A stretch of DNA of 47,524 nt from Elusimicrobiota bacterium (GCA_027340875.1 DAIENX010000015.1:1-47524); one strand, 5' to 3'; positions 17,865 through 27,012 are shown, counted from the first letter of the stretch. The notes: generated by a model not told the origin, from the letters alone. Numbers and translations are program-made.

Positions 17865-18891
17865 GATAATCCGCTTCGATCCGCTGACCGCGGGCGAGGA
17901 CCTGTGGAAGGCCCATTACGACCACCTGGACGCGATACATTCCGAGGCGGACCCGGACGAGCCGCTGCTGCCGCGCGAAAAAAGGCGCCGGCAGCTGGTC
18001 ATGTCGATGGACATCCCCTACAACAGAAGGTACTTCTGCCTGGCGATGAGCGGCGCGGAAGCGGCAGGGTATGCCATGAGGGCGGCCGAGACCCCGGCCT
18101 CGCCCAGTTACGCCACGAACAAGGCCAAGGCCAATATCCGGCTTTCGGTGCTGCCCGGCTACAGGCGCCGCGGCATAGGACTCTCCCTGCTGCGGCATCT
18201 CGCCGCTGAAACGGCTTCCAGCGAGCCGGAGGTCAGGGAATTTATGACGCCGGTCATTATCGAAGCCGGCGACAGGTTCCTGTCGGCGCTGGGCGGCAAT
18301 GTGGCGCTGGAGCAGTCCGAGAGCAGACTGTACCTGAAGGACGTGGACTGGGATATGGTGGAAGCCTGGGCCGCTGAAGGGACGCGCCGCAACCCGGACA
18401 CCAGGATGATCGATACGGCCTCCATCCCGGAGGACGACCTGAAGGCGTACAGCGAACTCTACAGCGAGGTCATAAACCAGCAGCCGCTGGGAGGCCTGCG
18501 CATAAGGATGGAGATATCCCCGGAGCAGATACGCCTGCACGAGAAAAAGAACCGTGAGGCGGGCGCCGAGGAGATCACGATATACGCAAAGGAGGCCGAC
18601 GGCGGCCTCAGCGGGCTAACCGAGACCTCCTACCAGCCGGAGGCCGGCCACCGCGTGCACCAGATGCTGACCGGTGTGAGGGAAAGCTGCCGCGGCAGGG
18701 GGCTGGGAAGAATGCTGAAAGCTCTGATGCTGCTGGAGATACGCCGCCGTTACCCCGGGGTGAAGTATATCAGCACCGCCAATTCCGACGCCAACGTCCC
18801 TATGCTGGCGATAAACCGCAAGCTCGGGTTCCGCAGGCACCTGCCTTTCCGCATCTATTCGCTGCCGCTGGCCTGCGTAACCGAAGCCTGA
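17851..18891 (+). CDS. Tandem-GNAT acetyltransferase
   Basis: Two acetyl-CoA motifs (VLPGYRRRGIG; TGVRESCRGRGLG); NVPMLAINRKLGF. Confidence 0.85.
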   Translation: MWGIEIIRFDPLTAGEDLWKAHYDHLDAIHSEADPDEPLLPREKRRRQLVMSMDIPYNRRYFCLAMSGAEAAGYAMRAAETPASPSYATNKAKANIRLSVLPGYRRRGIGLSLLRHLAAETASSEPEVREFMTPVIIEAGDRFLSALGGNVALEQSESRLYLKDVDWDMVEAWAAEGTRRNPDTRMIDTASIPEDDLKAYSELYSEVINQQPLGGLRIRMEISPEQIRLHEKKNREAGAEEITIYAKEADGGLSGLTETSYQPEAGHRVHQMLTGVRESCRGRGLGRMLKALMLLEIRRRYPGVKYISTANSDANVPMLAINRKLGFRRHLPFRIYSLPLACVTEA

Positions 18892-18900
18892 GTCCCGGCC

Positions 18901-18929
18901 TTGACAAAACTACTAATTAGTACTATACT
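18901..18929 (+). promoter_or_regulatory. Sigma70 promoter with operator palindrome in the spacer
   Basis: TTGACA-17 bp-TATACT; TACTAATTAGTA at 18911-18922. Confidence 0.85.
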
Positions 18930-18935
18930 ATAAGT

Positions 18936-19379
18936 ATGGAACGCAGGCACGTATACTCGCCCGCGGAAGAGCTGGACCTGAAGATGGTCATAGCCCTGCT
19001 CCGCACCGTGAAGGCCCTTGAGGCCGGTCTGGCGCCCTGCTTCGGGGGCTGGGGCGTGACGCCGGCCCAGTTCGGGGTGCTGGAGTTCCTCTATCACAAG
19101 GGGCCGGCGCGTATAAGCGCGATAATCGAGAGGACGCTGTCCTCCGGCGGCAACATGACCGTAGTAGTGCGCAACCTGGAGAGGTCCGGGCTGGTGCGCC
19201 GCCGCCGCGACGACAAGGACGGCCGCGCGGCGCTGGTGGAGCTTACCCCACGGGGGGAGAGATTGATGTCCTCCCTGTTCCCTGAGCACCTGGAGGTGCT
19301 GCGGAAGTTCTTTGCCCCGCTTGGGGAGGGTGAGAAGCACGGCGTCATAGCCGCCCTGAAGGCGCTGGGAGGCAGGTGA
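18936..19379 (+). CDS. MarR-family regulator
   Basis: GVTPAQFGVLEFL, SGGNMTVVVRNLERSGLV, DGRAALVELT. Confidence 0.9.
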   Translation: MERRHVYSPAEELDLKMVIALLRTVKALEAGLAPCFGGWGVTPAQFGVLEFLYHKGPARISAIIERTLSSGGNMTVVVRNLERSGLVRRRRDDKDGRAALVELTPRGERLMSSLFPEHLEVLRKFFAPLGEGEKHGVIAALKALGGR

Positions 19380-19397
19380 TACCTTTTTTTGGGCTAA

Positions 19398-19415
19398 TAA
19401 TACTAATTAGTATTA
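19398..19415. promoter_or_regulatory. Second MarR-type operator upstream of the YceI gene
   Basis: Perfect 18-bp palindrome TAATACTAATTAGTATTA containing the 12-bp core seen at 18911. Confidence 0.75.
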
Positions 19416-19494
19416 AAAACCTAAAAGTCTATAGGCGGAAGTGGTGACAAAGACGCGCAGTATATGTAGAATGGCAGTAGGGTAAGGAGGGTAT

Positions 19495-20091
19495 ATGAAA
19501 AAGTATATATTTGCCGCGCTGGTACTGCCGGCGCTGCTGTCCTACGCTTCGGCGGAGACGTACAAGATAGACCCCGCCCACAGCGCCGTCACGTTCAAGG
19601 TGGCGCATATGGGCATAAGCAAGGTGGAGGGCCGGTTCGACAAGTTCACCGGCGGCATGGACTACGTGCCGGGCAAGCCGGCCCTGTGGAAGGCCGAGGC
19701 CTCCATAGAGACCGCCAGTATAAACACGAACGAGCCCGACCGCGACAAGCACCTGCGCAGCCCCGACTTCTTCGACGTGGAGAAGTTCCCGGCGATGACG
19801 TTCAAGAGCGCCGGGTTCACCGGGGTGAAGGGGATGAAGGGCAAGATGCGCGGCGAGCTGACGCTGCGCGGCATCACGAAGAAGCTGGTGCTGGACGTCG
19901 AGGCCAGCGGCCCGGTCAAGGACCCGTGGGGGAACATGCGGATGGCCGCCACGGCCACGACCAGCGTGAACCGCAAGGACTTCGGCATGGTCTGGAACAA
20001 AGTGCTGGACTCCGGAGGTTTCCTGGTCGGCGACAAGGTGAACATAAACCTGGAGCTGGAGTTCGTGCAGGAGAAGCCGGCCGCTAAATAG
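19495..20091 (+). CDS. yceI: YceI-family lipid/polyisoprenoid-binding protein
   Basis: YKIDPAHS, HMGIS, RDKHLRSPDFFD, GELTLRGITK, DPWG, RKDFG. Confidence 0.9.
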   Translation: MKKYIFAALVLPALLSYASAETYKIDPAHSAVTFKVAHMGISKVEGRFDKFTGGMDYVPGKPALWKAEASIETASINTNEPDRDKHLRSPDFFDVEKFPAMTFKSAGFTGVKGMKGKMRGELTLRGITKKLVLDVEASGPVKDPWGNMRMAATATTSVNRKDFGMVWNKVLDSGGFLVGDKVNINLELEFVQEKPAAK

Positions 20092-20148
20092 CGGCTCCGC
20101 CCGCCCCGGAAAAATGTAGAATCTCTGCATGGTCCACCGGGAGCGGGC

Positions 20149-21615
20149 ATGAAGGTCAGGACGCTGGCCAGGGCGTCGGCCTACGCGCTGCTGCTTGCAG
20201 CGGCGGCGCTCGCCGTCCTCTATTACACCCTGCCGGTCAACCGCGTCAACATGCGCTCGCGCCTGGTGATGCTGGGCGACTTCAACGGCGACAACAAATG
20301 GGACGCCGCCGACGCGGAACTGCTGCGCGCCATAGAGAACGACCCTTTCTCGGCGTCCGCCGAGGCGGCCTACAAGGCGGATGTCAACCACAACGGCCTG
20401 CTGGACGAGGAGGACCTCTCCTTCCTGGTCGGCCTTTACGCCTCCGGCGACCCGTACAAGGCCCGGGAGACGGCCCTGGCGGCCGGCAGGGCCTTCCCTT
20501 ATCCGCGGGAATTCTTCCGTTACGTCCCCGTCACGGAGTACCTGCAGCGCCCCGTGCTGGCGCTGAAGCATCCGGCCGAAGCCGCTTCTCCGCTGCGCTT
20601 CCTCGAAGAGGCACGCTCGAAGGCCTCCTCCTCCGGATACGACGCTCAGCTGCTGCGCGAGGTCTACAGCGAGGGGATACGCTTCTCCCTGGCCTATGCC
20701 CGCCGCCTGCCCGGCCTGCTGCCGAAGGAGAAGGATTACGCGGAACTGAAGCTCAAGCGCTGCGCCTCGCTGTGGAAGGAGGGGCGGCATTACGAGCTGC
20801 TGCTCGAGCTGATGGGCCTTACCGAGGACGCCGAGACGCTCACGGTGAAGGGTCAGCCGGAGTTCGTCGCGCAGAGCCTCTACTTCCGGGACCACCTCAG
20901 GCAGCTGCTGGAGTCGAAGCTTTTCAGGGACTACCAGGCGGGCAAGGCCCCGGCGTCGGAAGTCTTCAAGGTGATGGAGAAGCACCTGCGCGAGGACATG
21001 AAGATGGAGATGGACCTCGAGCGCCTGGCCTCGCCGCGCAACTTCCTGGAGCTGAAGAACTACGCGGACCGCGCGAAATGGCAGTACTACAAGACCACTT
21101 CCACCAGGGCCGATTTCCGCCGGCTGCTGCTGTTCGCGCAGTACGACAGGCGTTACCTGCGCGCGGCCGCCCGCACCACGCGCAAGCTGGCGGACGCCCC
21201 GCTCGAGAACCACAACCTGCCGATGGTGCTGCTGTTCCGCGAGGCGCTGGCTATCAGTGGTGGCGACAAGCTGGCCGCAGTAGGCCTGCTGGACGAGGCC
21301 GTACGGGTGCCCTTCGCGTGGGTGAAGACCATTCCGCGTAATAAGCTGCCGGCCTCCGTGGCGCTGGAGAACTTCCTGCTGCCCGGCAACAAGGAGGACG
21401 GCTCCGACAAGAGCAGGCACTGGAACGTCTTCGGCGGCATCAGCCTGTACAAATCCCCCGAGGAGTCGCTGAAGCTCGCGCTGGCGCGCGAGGTCAAGGA
21501 TTTCCGCGAGGACCCGTCCCCTGCCGCGATGAGCGAGTTCATCCGCGACACGATGGCGAACCTCAACGGCATATACTACGTGGTGAGCATAGATCCGGAC
21601 CTGCTGAAGAAGTGA
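20149..21615 (+). CDS. Membrane-anchored dockerin-like (double Ca-loop) protein with unknown helical body
   Basis: N-terminal TM; GDFNGDNKWDAAD...ADVNHNGLLDEED. Confidence 0.75.
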   Translation: MKVRTLARASAYALLLAAAALAVLYYTLPVNRVNMRSRLVMLGDFNGDNKWDAADAELLRAIENDPFSASAEAAYKADVNHNGLLDEEDLSFLVGLYASGDPYKARETALAAGRAFPYPREFFRYVPVTEYLQRPVLALKHPAEAASPLRFLEEARSKASSSGYDAQLLREVYSEGIRFSLAYARRLPGLLPKEKDYAELKLKRCASLWKEGRHYELLLELMGLTEDAETLTVKGQPEFVAQSLYFRDHLRQLLESKLFRDYQAGKAPASEVFKVMEKHLREDMKMEMDLERLASPRNFLELKNYADRAKWQYYKTTSTRADFRRLLLFAQYDRRYLRAAARTTRKLADAPLENHNLPMVLLFREALAISGGDKLAAVGLLDEAVRVPFAWVKTIPRNKLPASVALENFLLPGNKEDGSDKSRHWNVFGGISLYKSPEESLKLALAREVKDFREDPSPAAMSEFIRDTMANLNGIYYVVSIDPDLLKK

Positions 21616-21646
21616 GGCCGGGGGCTGCTCCAGAAAGGAGAAATAC

Positions 21647-22012
21647 ATGAACAGGAAACTTACCGCGGCCGTGGCCGCCGCTCTGCTGGTGGTAGGCGGG
21701 GCGTATTACCTGTGGGCGCAGATCGGAGGCATGAACGGGCCCAGGCAGGGCCAGCGCCAGATGGGCGGAATGCAGCGGCCCATGGGCCAGATGAACCGGG
21801 GCATGATGCCGGGAGGAATGGGCGGCTGCGCTATGGTGCAGCATGGAGGCTTTATTTACGCGCTGTCCGGCGGCACGCTTTTCAAGGTCAACCCCGACAC
21901 TATGGCCGTCATGAAGGAACTTTCGCTCAGGCCCAAGGCCCCCGCGGCCGGGGCCCCGGCCGGCGGCATGCCGGAGGGCGGGCAGGAGGAGGGCTTCGGG
22001 GATGAGGAATAA
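21647..22012 (+). CDS. Small exported Met/Gly/Gln-rich protein
   Basis: SD AAGGAG; N-terminal hydrophobic segment; MGGMQRPMGQM low-complexity stretch followed by a short beta domain. Confidence 0.7.
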   Translation: MNRKLTAAVAAALLVVGGAYYLWAQIGGMNGPRQGQRQMGGMQRPMGQMNRGMMPGGMGGCAMVQHGGFIYALSGGTLFKVNPDTMAVMKELSLRPKAPAAGAPAGGMPEGGQEEGFGDEE

Positions 22013-22760
22013 GGCCGCCTATTTCCTGGCCGCGCTGGCCGGGGCGTCGCTCTTCTGCGGCGCGTGCATAGCCAAGTCCGAGCCGGCTCCGGCCGGCAAG
22101 GCCTCCGTCCAGGCCGCCGAGAAGAAGCCCGGGCAGGCCGCGCCCGGTATGGACATGCCTCCGGGGATGTCCACGGCCGCCGCGGCCGGACGCGGGATGC
22201 CCGTGTCCACGATGACCGCGCCAGGCGATCCTTCACAGCGCAAGATGACCCCGGCTGAACTGGACGCGGCGCTGGTAAAAATGGCGACCGCCGGGAACGT
22301 CAACGGCGTGCAGACCATGCTGCGCCTCGGCGCCCATGCCAACGCCGCGGACCGCCGCGGCCTGCCGGCGCTTTTCATAGCGGCCAGAAAGGGCAAGCCA
22401 CCTATGGTGACCTACCTGATAAAGGCGGGAGCTAAAGTGAACGACGCCATCGCGGCGCTGCCGGGCAAGGGCGGCCACCCGGACGGTACGCCGCTCGGCT
22501 ACGCTGCCAGGACCGGGAACATAGAGATCATGCAGATCCTGCGCGACGCGGGTGCCGACATGAACCTCGCCGGCCCCGGCGGCAACACCCCGCTCATCAT
22601 GGCCGCCGAGACCGGTCAGGCCGGCGCGGTGTACTGGCTGAAGATGAACGGTTCCTATGCCGGAATGGGAAAGGCCATGGAGATAGCGGCCAAGCTGTCC
22701 AAGACCGACGCGAAGTTCAAGAACACCCTGGATATGCTCGACCGCCTCCCGGGACAGTAG
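22002..22760 (+). CDS. Exported ankyrin-repeat protein
   Basis: GLPALFIAA, GTPLGYAA and GNTPLIMAA ankyrin motifs; signal or lipoprotein-like N-terminus. Confidence 0.85.
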   Translation: MRNKAAYFLAALAGASLFCGACIAKSEPAPAGKASVQAAEKKPGQAAPGMDMPPGMSTAAAAGRGMPVSTMTAPGDPSQRKMTPAELDAALVKMATAGNVNGVQTMLRLGAHANAADRRGLPALFIAARKGKPPMVTYLIKAGAKVNDAIAALPGKGGHPDGTPLGYAARTGNIEIMQILRDAGADMNLAGPGGNTPLIMAAETGQAGAVYWLKMNGSYAGMGKAMEIAAKLSKTDAKFKNTLDMLDRLPGQ

Positions 22761-22782
22761 GGCGTACGGCGCAGCGCGCGCT

Positions 22783-22824
22783 TAGGCCCTTCCGGCCCTT
22801 TTGGGCCGGGAGGGCCTATTTTTT
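22783..22824 (+). terminator. Intrinsic terminator
   Basis: TAGGCCCTTCCGGCCC-TTTT-GGGCCGGGAGGGCCTA followed by a T-run. Confidence 0.85.
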
Positions 22825-22827
22825 GAT

Positions 22828-22893
22828 GGGTCCAAAAACATCGCTGAAATGGGGCTTTATGCCGTAGAGGAAAGCCTTCTATACGCGTATGCT
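22828..22893 (+). promoter_or_regulatory. Paired 14-bp palindromic sites plus -10 box
   Basis: GGGTCCAAAAACAT (22828), GGGGCTTTATGCCG (22851), TATGCT (22888). Confidence 0.55.
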
Positions 22894-22929
22894 ATATATG
22901 TAGTCCGAGGGTATACGGAGGTCAGGTAA

Positions 22930-24351
22930 ATGAAAAAGATAGCCGGAGTGTTGAGCGTAATCCTTTCTTTAGGCCTCGGCGCCGCCGGCGCCCAGCAGCA
23001 CAACAATATCATTCCCACCCAGGCGGCAGGAGCCATCAGCTCTCTTATCAACGTGGTCAACGGTGGCTACAGCAACGGCTGGTACAACGGCCACGACGGC
23101 TATCCCGGCCACGGCGATTATCCCGGCCATGGCGGTCACCCCGGCTACCCTGGTTATCCAGGCAACCCCGGCTGGACCCCGCCTCCGGTAGTTCCGCAGC
23201 CTCATCCCCAGCCCTGGAATCCCGGCCCCGGTTACGGCTATGGCCAGACCCAGAAAATGACCAGCATCGGCGCCTATAATACCCCGTCCGAGGCCAACGC
23301 GGCCAAGGACGAGGCCGTGAAAGTGCTGCGTGATATGCGCCTGATGGTCCTGGAAGCCCGCGTAGAGTACAACTCCGGTTACCGTTTCGTGATAACCTAC
23401 AACGCCCGCGGCCCGGTGCAGGTGGAGCAGTACCGCGGCGGTTCATATAACACTCCTTCCGAGGCCCGCGAGGCCGCCGCCAAGTCCGCCACCGCGCTTA
23501 AGGTCCGCGGGAACGTCATCGTGGAGACCCCGGTATTCTACAGCAGCGGCTATACCTATATAGTCGGTTACGTGGGCATCTACCCCGGAGTAGACGAGGA
23601 CAGCAAGGTGCAGACCCTGCCCAGCGCCAGCAGCTACAACACCCCTTCCGAGGCGAAAACCGCCAAGGACGAGGCCGTCCGGCAGCTCGGCGCGGTCGGC
23701 ATAACCGTCCTCGAAGACCGCGTCTTCTATAATTCCGGCTATCGCTTCGAGATAAAGTACATGATGCGCGAGCCCCTGGTGGTCCAGCAGTACAAGGGCG
23801 GCGCTTACAACACGCCGTCGGCGGCCAGCGACGCGGCCGCGCAGACCGCCGCCAGCCTGAAGGCGCGCGGCAACGTGGTCCTGGAGACTCCGGTGTTCTA
23901 TAACAGCGGCTATACTTACATAGTCTCCTACCTCGGCCGGCCCGACGGCTACCCCGGTTATCCTGGCTACCCCGGTTATCCCAGCTATCCCGGTCCCGTC
24001 GGCCAGCAGCTGCAGACTATGAACAGTATCGGCGCCTACAACAGCCCGTCCGAGGCCAACGCAGCCCGCGACGCGGCCGTGAGCGCGCTGGGCGAGTTAC
24101 GCGTGACCGTTCTCGAGGCGCGCGTGGAGTACAACTCCGGCTATCGCTTCGTGATAACCTACAACGCCCGCAGGCCGCTGGACCTGCAGCGCTACGACGC
24201 CGGCACGTACTATACGCCGTCGGCCGCACGCGACGCCGCGGCCCAGACCGCCCAGGCCATGCGCGACCAGGGCTACGTGGTGCTGGAGACGCCGGTGTAC
24301 TACAACAGCGGCTATACCTACTCGGTCTCCTACGCCGCCCGCAGGTGGTAA
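22930..24351 (+). CDS. Exported protein with six ~55-aa repeats and GYP-rich linkers
   Basis: Signal peptide; 6x Y(N/Y)(T/S)PSxA...V(E/F/Y)Y(N/S)SGY; GYPG repeats; SD GGAGG. Confidence 0.85.
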   Translation: MKKIAGVLSVILSLGLGAAGAQQHNNIIPTQAAGAISSLINVVNGGYSNGWYNGHDGYPGHGDYPGHGGHPGYPGYPGNPGWTPPPVVPQPHPQPWNPGPGYGYGQTQKMTSIGAYNTPSEANAAKDEAVKVLRDMRLMVLEARVEYNSGYRFVITYNARGPVQVEQYRGGSYNTPSEAREAAAKSATALKVRGNVIVETPVFYSSGYTYIVGYVGIYPGVDEDSKVQTLPSASSYNTPSEAKTAKDEAVRQLGAVGITVLEDRVFYNSGYRFEIKYMMREPLVVQQYKGGAYNTPSAASDAAAQTAASLKARGNVVLETPVFYNSGYTYIVSYLGRPDGYPGYPGYPGYPSYPGPVGQQLQTMNSIGAYNSPSEANAARDAAVSALGELRVTVLEARVEYNSGYRFVITYNARRPLDLQRYDAGTYYTPSAARDAAAQTAQAMRDQGYVVLETPVYYNSGYTYSVSYAARRW

Positions 24352-24370
24352 GAGCGTAGATCAGGCAAGC

Positions 24371-24407
24371 GGCGGGCGCGGAGAGATCCGCGCCCGCTGT
24401 TTTTTTG
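24371..24407 (+). terminator. Intrinsic terminator
   Basis: GGCGGGCGCGGA-GAGA-TCCGCGCCCGCT followed by a T-run. Confidence 0.85.
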
Positions 24408-24439
24408 TCCCGGCGGTATTTGTTAGGATAGTAGACGGA

Positions 24440-25162
24440 ATGGAAAAGAACATACAGATCTACAGCGACGGCGCCTGTTCGGGCAATCCCGGTCCAGGCG
24501 GCTGGGCGGCAGTCATCATCTTCCCGGAAGGCCGCTTGCTGGAGCTGGGCGGCGGCGAGCGCTCCACCACCAACAACCGCATGGAGATGGCCGCGGCCAT
24601 AGCCGCTCTCTCCCGCGTGGCCGACAGGCCTGAGCCGGTGAAGCTTTATACGGATTCAGGTCTGCTGATCAACGGCATCAAAGGCTGGATACACGGCTGG
24701 AAGAAGAAGGGCTGGCTGACGGCCTCCGGCGAGCCGGTGGCCAACCGCGATCTCTGGGAAAGACTGGACGCGCTGGCGCAGGACCGCAAAGGGCGGCTGG
24801 CCTGGGGCCATGTCAAAGGCCACGCCGGCCACGAGATAAACGAGCGCTGCGACGCGATAGCGGTGGCTTTTTCCAAGGGCCAGCATCCAAAGCTCCACGA
24901 CGGCAGCGCCGTCGGCTGCGGCTACTCGCTGCTCGAGCCCGGAGAGGAGCACCTGCACAAGCCGGCCCCCAAGGCCGGTCCCCGCGCTCAGAAGCCGAAA
25001 GGCCAGGCCGTCTACCTGAGCCTGGTCGGCGGCAGGCTGGAGCGGCACGCCACCTGGGACCAGTGCAAGGTCCGCGTGCACGGGGTGGCCGGGGCGAAGT
25101 TCAAGAAGGTGCATTCCGCCGAAGAGGAGCGAGAGGCGCTCAAGCAGTGGGGCGCGGCCTGA
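24440..25162 (+). CDS. rnhA: Ribonuclease HI with C-terminal hybrid-binding (viroplasmin-like) domain
   Basis: YSDGACSGNPGPGGW, TTNNRME, YTDS, VANRDLW, VKGHAG, NERCD; C-terminal TWDQCKVRVHG..GAKFKK. Confidence 0.9.
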   Translation: MEKNIQIYSDGACSGNPGPGGWAAVIIFPEGRLLELGGGERSTTNNRMEMAAAIAALSRVADRPEPVKLYTDSGLLINGIKGWIHGWKKKGWLTASGEPVANRDLWERLDALAQDRKGRLAWGHVKGHAGHEINERCDAIAVAFSKGQHPKLHDGSAVGCGYSLLEPGEEHLHKPAPKAGPRAQKPKGQAVYLSLVGGRLERHATWDQCKVRVHGVAGAKFKKVHSAEEEREALKQWGAA

Positions 25163-25176
25163 ACCGCGCTTTCCCT

Positions 25177-27012
25177 ATGAGCCATTTCATCTTCGCCGTC
25201 GTCCTTTTATTGTCCGGGCCGGCCCGCGCCGGCCACGTGGACGCCTCCCTGCTGTCCTCGCTGGACACGGTGCGTCCAGGCGAGAGCTTCAAGGCGGCGC
25301 TCAGGCTGAGGCTGCGGGACGGCTGGCACGTCTACTGGAAGAACCCGGGGGACGCGGGTCTCGCTCCCTCGATAGCCTGGAGCCTGCCGGCCGGCTGGAG
25401 CGCCTCGGAGCCGGAGTGGCCGGCCCCGCTGCGCCTGGAAGAGCCGCCGGTCACCAACTTCGGCTATTCCTCCGACGTGGTGCTGCCGCTGACCATGACC
25501 GCGCCGTCCGGTTCCTCGCCGGGCACGCGGGCGGCGTTGCGCGCGAAGGTCGAGTGGCTGGAATGCAGGGAGACCTGCGTGCCGGGCTCGGCCGACCTCG
25601 TGCTGCGGGTGGGCGTGGGCAGCGAGGGCCGTGACCGCGACGGGGACAAGGCTCTGATAGAAGCCGCGGCAGCGCTGGTGCCGCGGCGGGACGACGAGGC
25701 GGTCGACGGCGCCGGGCGCGACGGGGACAGGGTGGTACTGCGGCTCGCCGGCCGCCATCCGCTGGCGCAGTTCTTCCCGTCCGAGCCCGACGTTTTCGAC
25801 AATGCCCGCTCGCCGGTGAGCGTAAGCCCTGTCGGCACTGAGATCTCGCTCAAGCCGGCGCGGCCAGACGGCGTCCCTGCCGCGGTGGAGGGCGTGCTGG
25901 TGCGGCCCGGCCTGCCTCCGGTCCTGATCTCCGTTCCGGTCAAGTCCGGCGCCGGCGCGCTGCGCTTCCTGCTGCTGGCTTTCGGCGGCGGCCTGCTGCT
26001 GAACCTGATGCCCTGCGTCTTGCCGGTGCTGACCTTCAAGGCGTTGGGCCTGCTGAACAACAGGGAGAAAAGCCATTCTGCTGCCAGACTGGAGGCGCTG
26101 TTCTATACGGCCGGAGTAGTGCTCAGCTGCACGGCGCTGGGGCTGGCGTTGATAGGCGCCCGCGCCGCCGGCGGTACGCTTGGCTGGGGCACACAGTTCC
26201 AGTCTCCGTGGCTGGTGGGCGCCCTGGCGCTGCTTTTCGCTTTCGCGGGGCTGTGCCTGCTCGGCGTTTTCGAGTTCGGGGCACGGTGGATGGGCGTCGG
26301 TTCCTCGCTTTCGGCGCGCCAGGGCCTGACCGGCTCCTTCTTCTCCGGCGTGTTCGCGATGGTGGCGGGCGCGCCCTGCACCGCCCCTTTCATGGGCGCC
26401 ACCATAGGCTGGGCCGTCACGCGGCCGGCCCCCGAGGTGCTGGCCGTCTGCGGCGCGCTGGGCCTGGGCACCGCCGCGCCTTACGCGCTGTTCTCCTCCT
26501 GGCCTTCCCTGGTCAGGGCCCTGCCAAAGCCGGGTGACTGGATGGTGACGCTCAAGAAGGCGCTGGCCCTACCCATGTTCGGCACTGCCCTGTGGCTGGC
26601 GTGGGTGCTCTGGCGGCTGCTGGCCGCGGCCCCGATACCGCAGGACCCGCTCTGGAAGACCTGGACCCCCGCGGCCGTTGAGCAGGCCCGGAACGCCGGG
26701 CACACGGTATTCGTGGATTTCACCGCGGCTTGGTGCCTGTCCTGCCAGGTGAACGAGCGCACCGCGCTGGCCTCGCCGGAAGTGAAGGCCGCGCTGGCCG
26801 CGCCCGGCGTGGACGCCTTCCGCGCGGACTGGACCAGCCGCGACGGGGCCATACAGGACGAATTGACGAAGTACGGCCGCAACGGGGTGCCGCTGTACGT
26901 GGTGCACCCGCGGGGCGGTCCGGCGGTGCTGTTGCCGGAGCTGCTGACGCCCGGGCTGGTGATGGAGGCCCTGGGCGCGGTTAAAGACGCTAAAGGAGAA
27001 AGAAAAGAATGA
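25177..27012 (+). CDS. dsbD: DsbD-like thiol:disulfide interchange protein
   Basis: GWHVYWKNPGDAG and CRETC (alpha); NLMPCVLP and APCTAPF (TM); DFTAAWCLSC (thioredoxin); start moved to ATG 25177. Confidence 0.85.
   Translation: MSHFIFAVVLLLSGPARAGHVDASLLSSLDTVRPGESFKAALRLRLRDGWHVYWKNPGDAGLAPSIAWSLPAGWSASEPEWPAPLRLEEPPVTNFGYSSDVVLPLTMTAPSGSSPGTRAALRAKVEWLECRETCVPGSADLVLRVGVGSEGRDRDGDKALIEAAAALVPRRDDEAVDGAGRDGDRVVLRLAGRHPLAQFFPSEPDVFDNARSPVSVSPVGTEISLKPARPDGVPAAVEGVLVRPGLPPVLISVPVKSGAGALRFLLLAFGGGLLLNLMPCVLPVLTFKALGLLNNREKSHSAARLEALFYTAGVVLSCTALGLALIGARAAGGTLGWGTQFQSPWLVGALALLFAFAGLCLLGVFEFGARWMGVGSSLSARQGLTGSFFSGVFAMVAGAPCTAPFMGATIGWAVTRPAPEVLAVCGALGLGTAAPYALFSSWPSLVRALPKPGDWMVTLKKALALPMFGTALWLAWVLWRLLAAAPIPQDPLWKTWTPAAVEQARNAGHTVFVDFTAAWCLSCQVNERTALASPEVKAALAAPGVDAFRADWTSRDGAIQDELTKYGRNGVPLYVVHPRGGPAVLLPELLTPGLVMEALGAVKDAKGERKE

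Noticed and set aside
19418..19456. Possible palindrome-regulon sites upstream of yceI
   Set aside because: Poor match to the consensus and does not fit the 23/37-bp geometry
19429..21648. Long antisense ORFs (e.g. 19429-21648, 9916-11793, 39867-41609, 43745-45793, 3143-4549)
   Set aside because: Shadow frames of GC-rich sense genes, with no motifs or translation signals
1960..24351. Tandem repeats at 1960-2079 and 22930-24351 as possible CRISPR arrays
   Set aside because: They are in-frame coding repeats with synonymous variation, no unique spacers and no cas genes
25063..25176. Long overlap of the DsbD ORF with RNase HI
   Set aside because: Non-homologous extension; the signal peptide starts at ATG 25177
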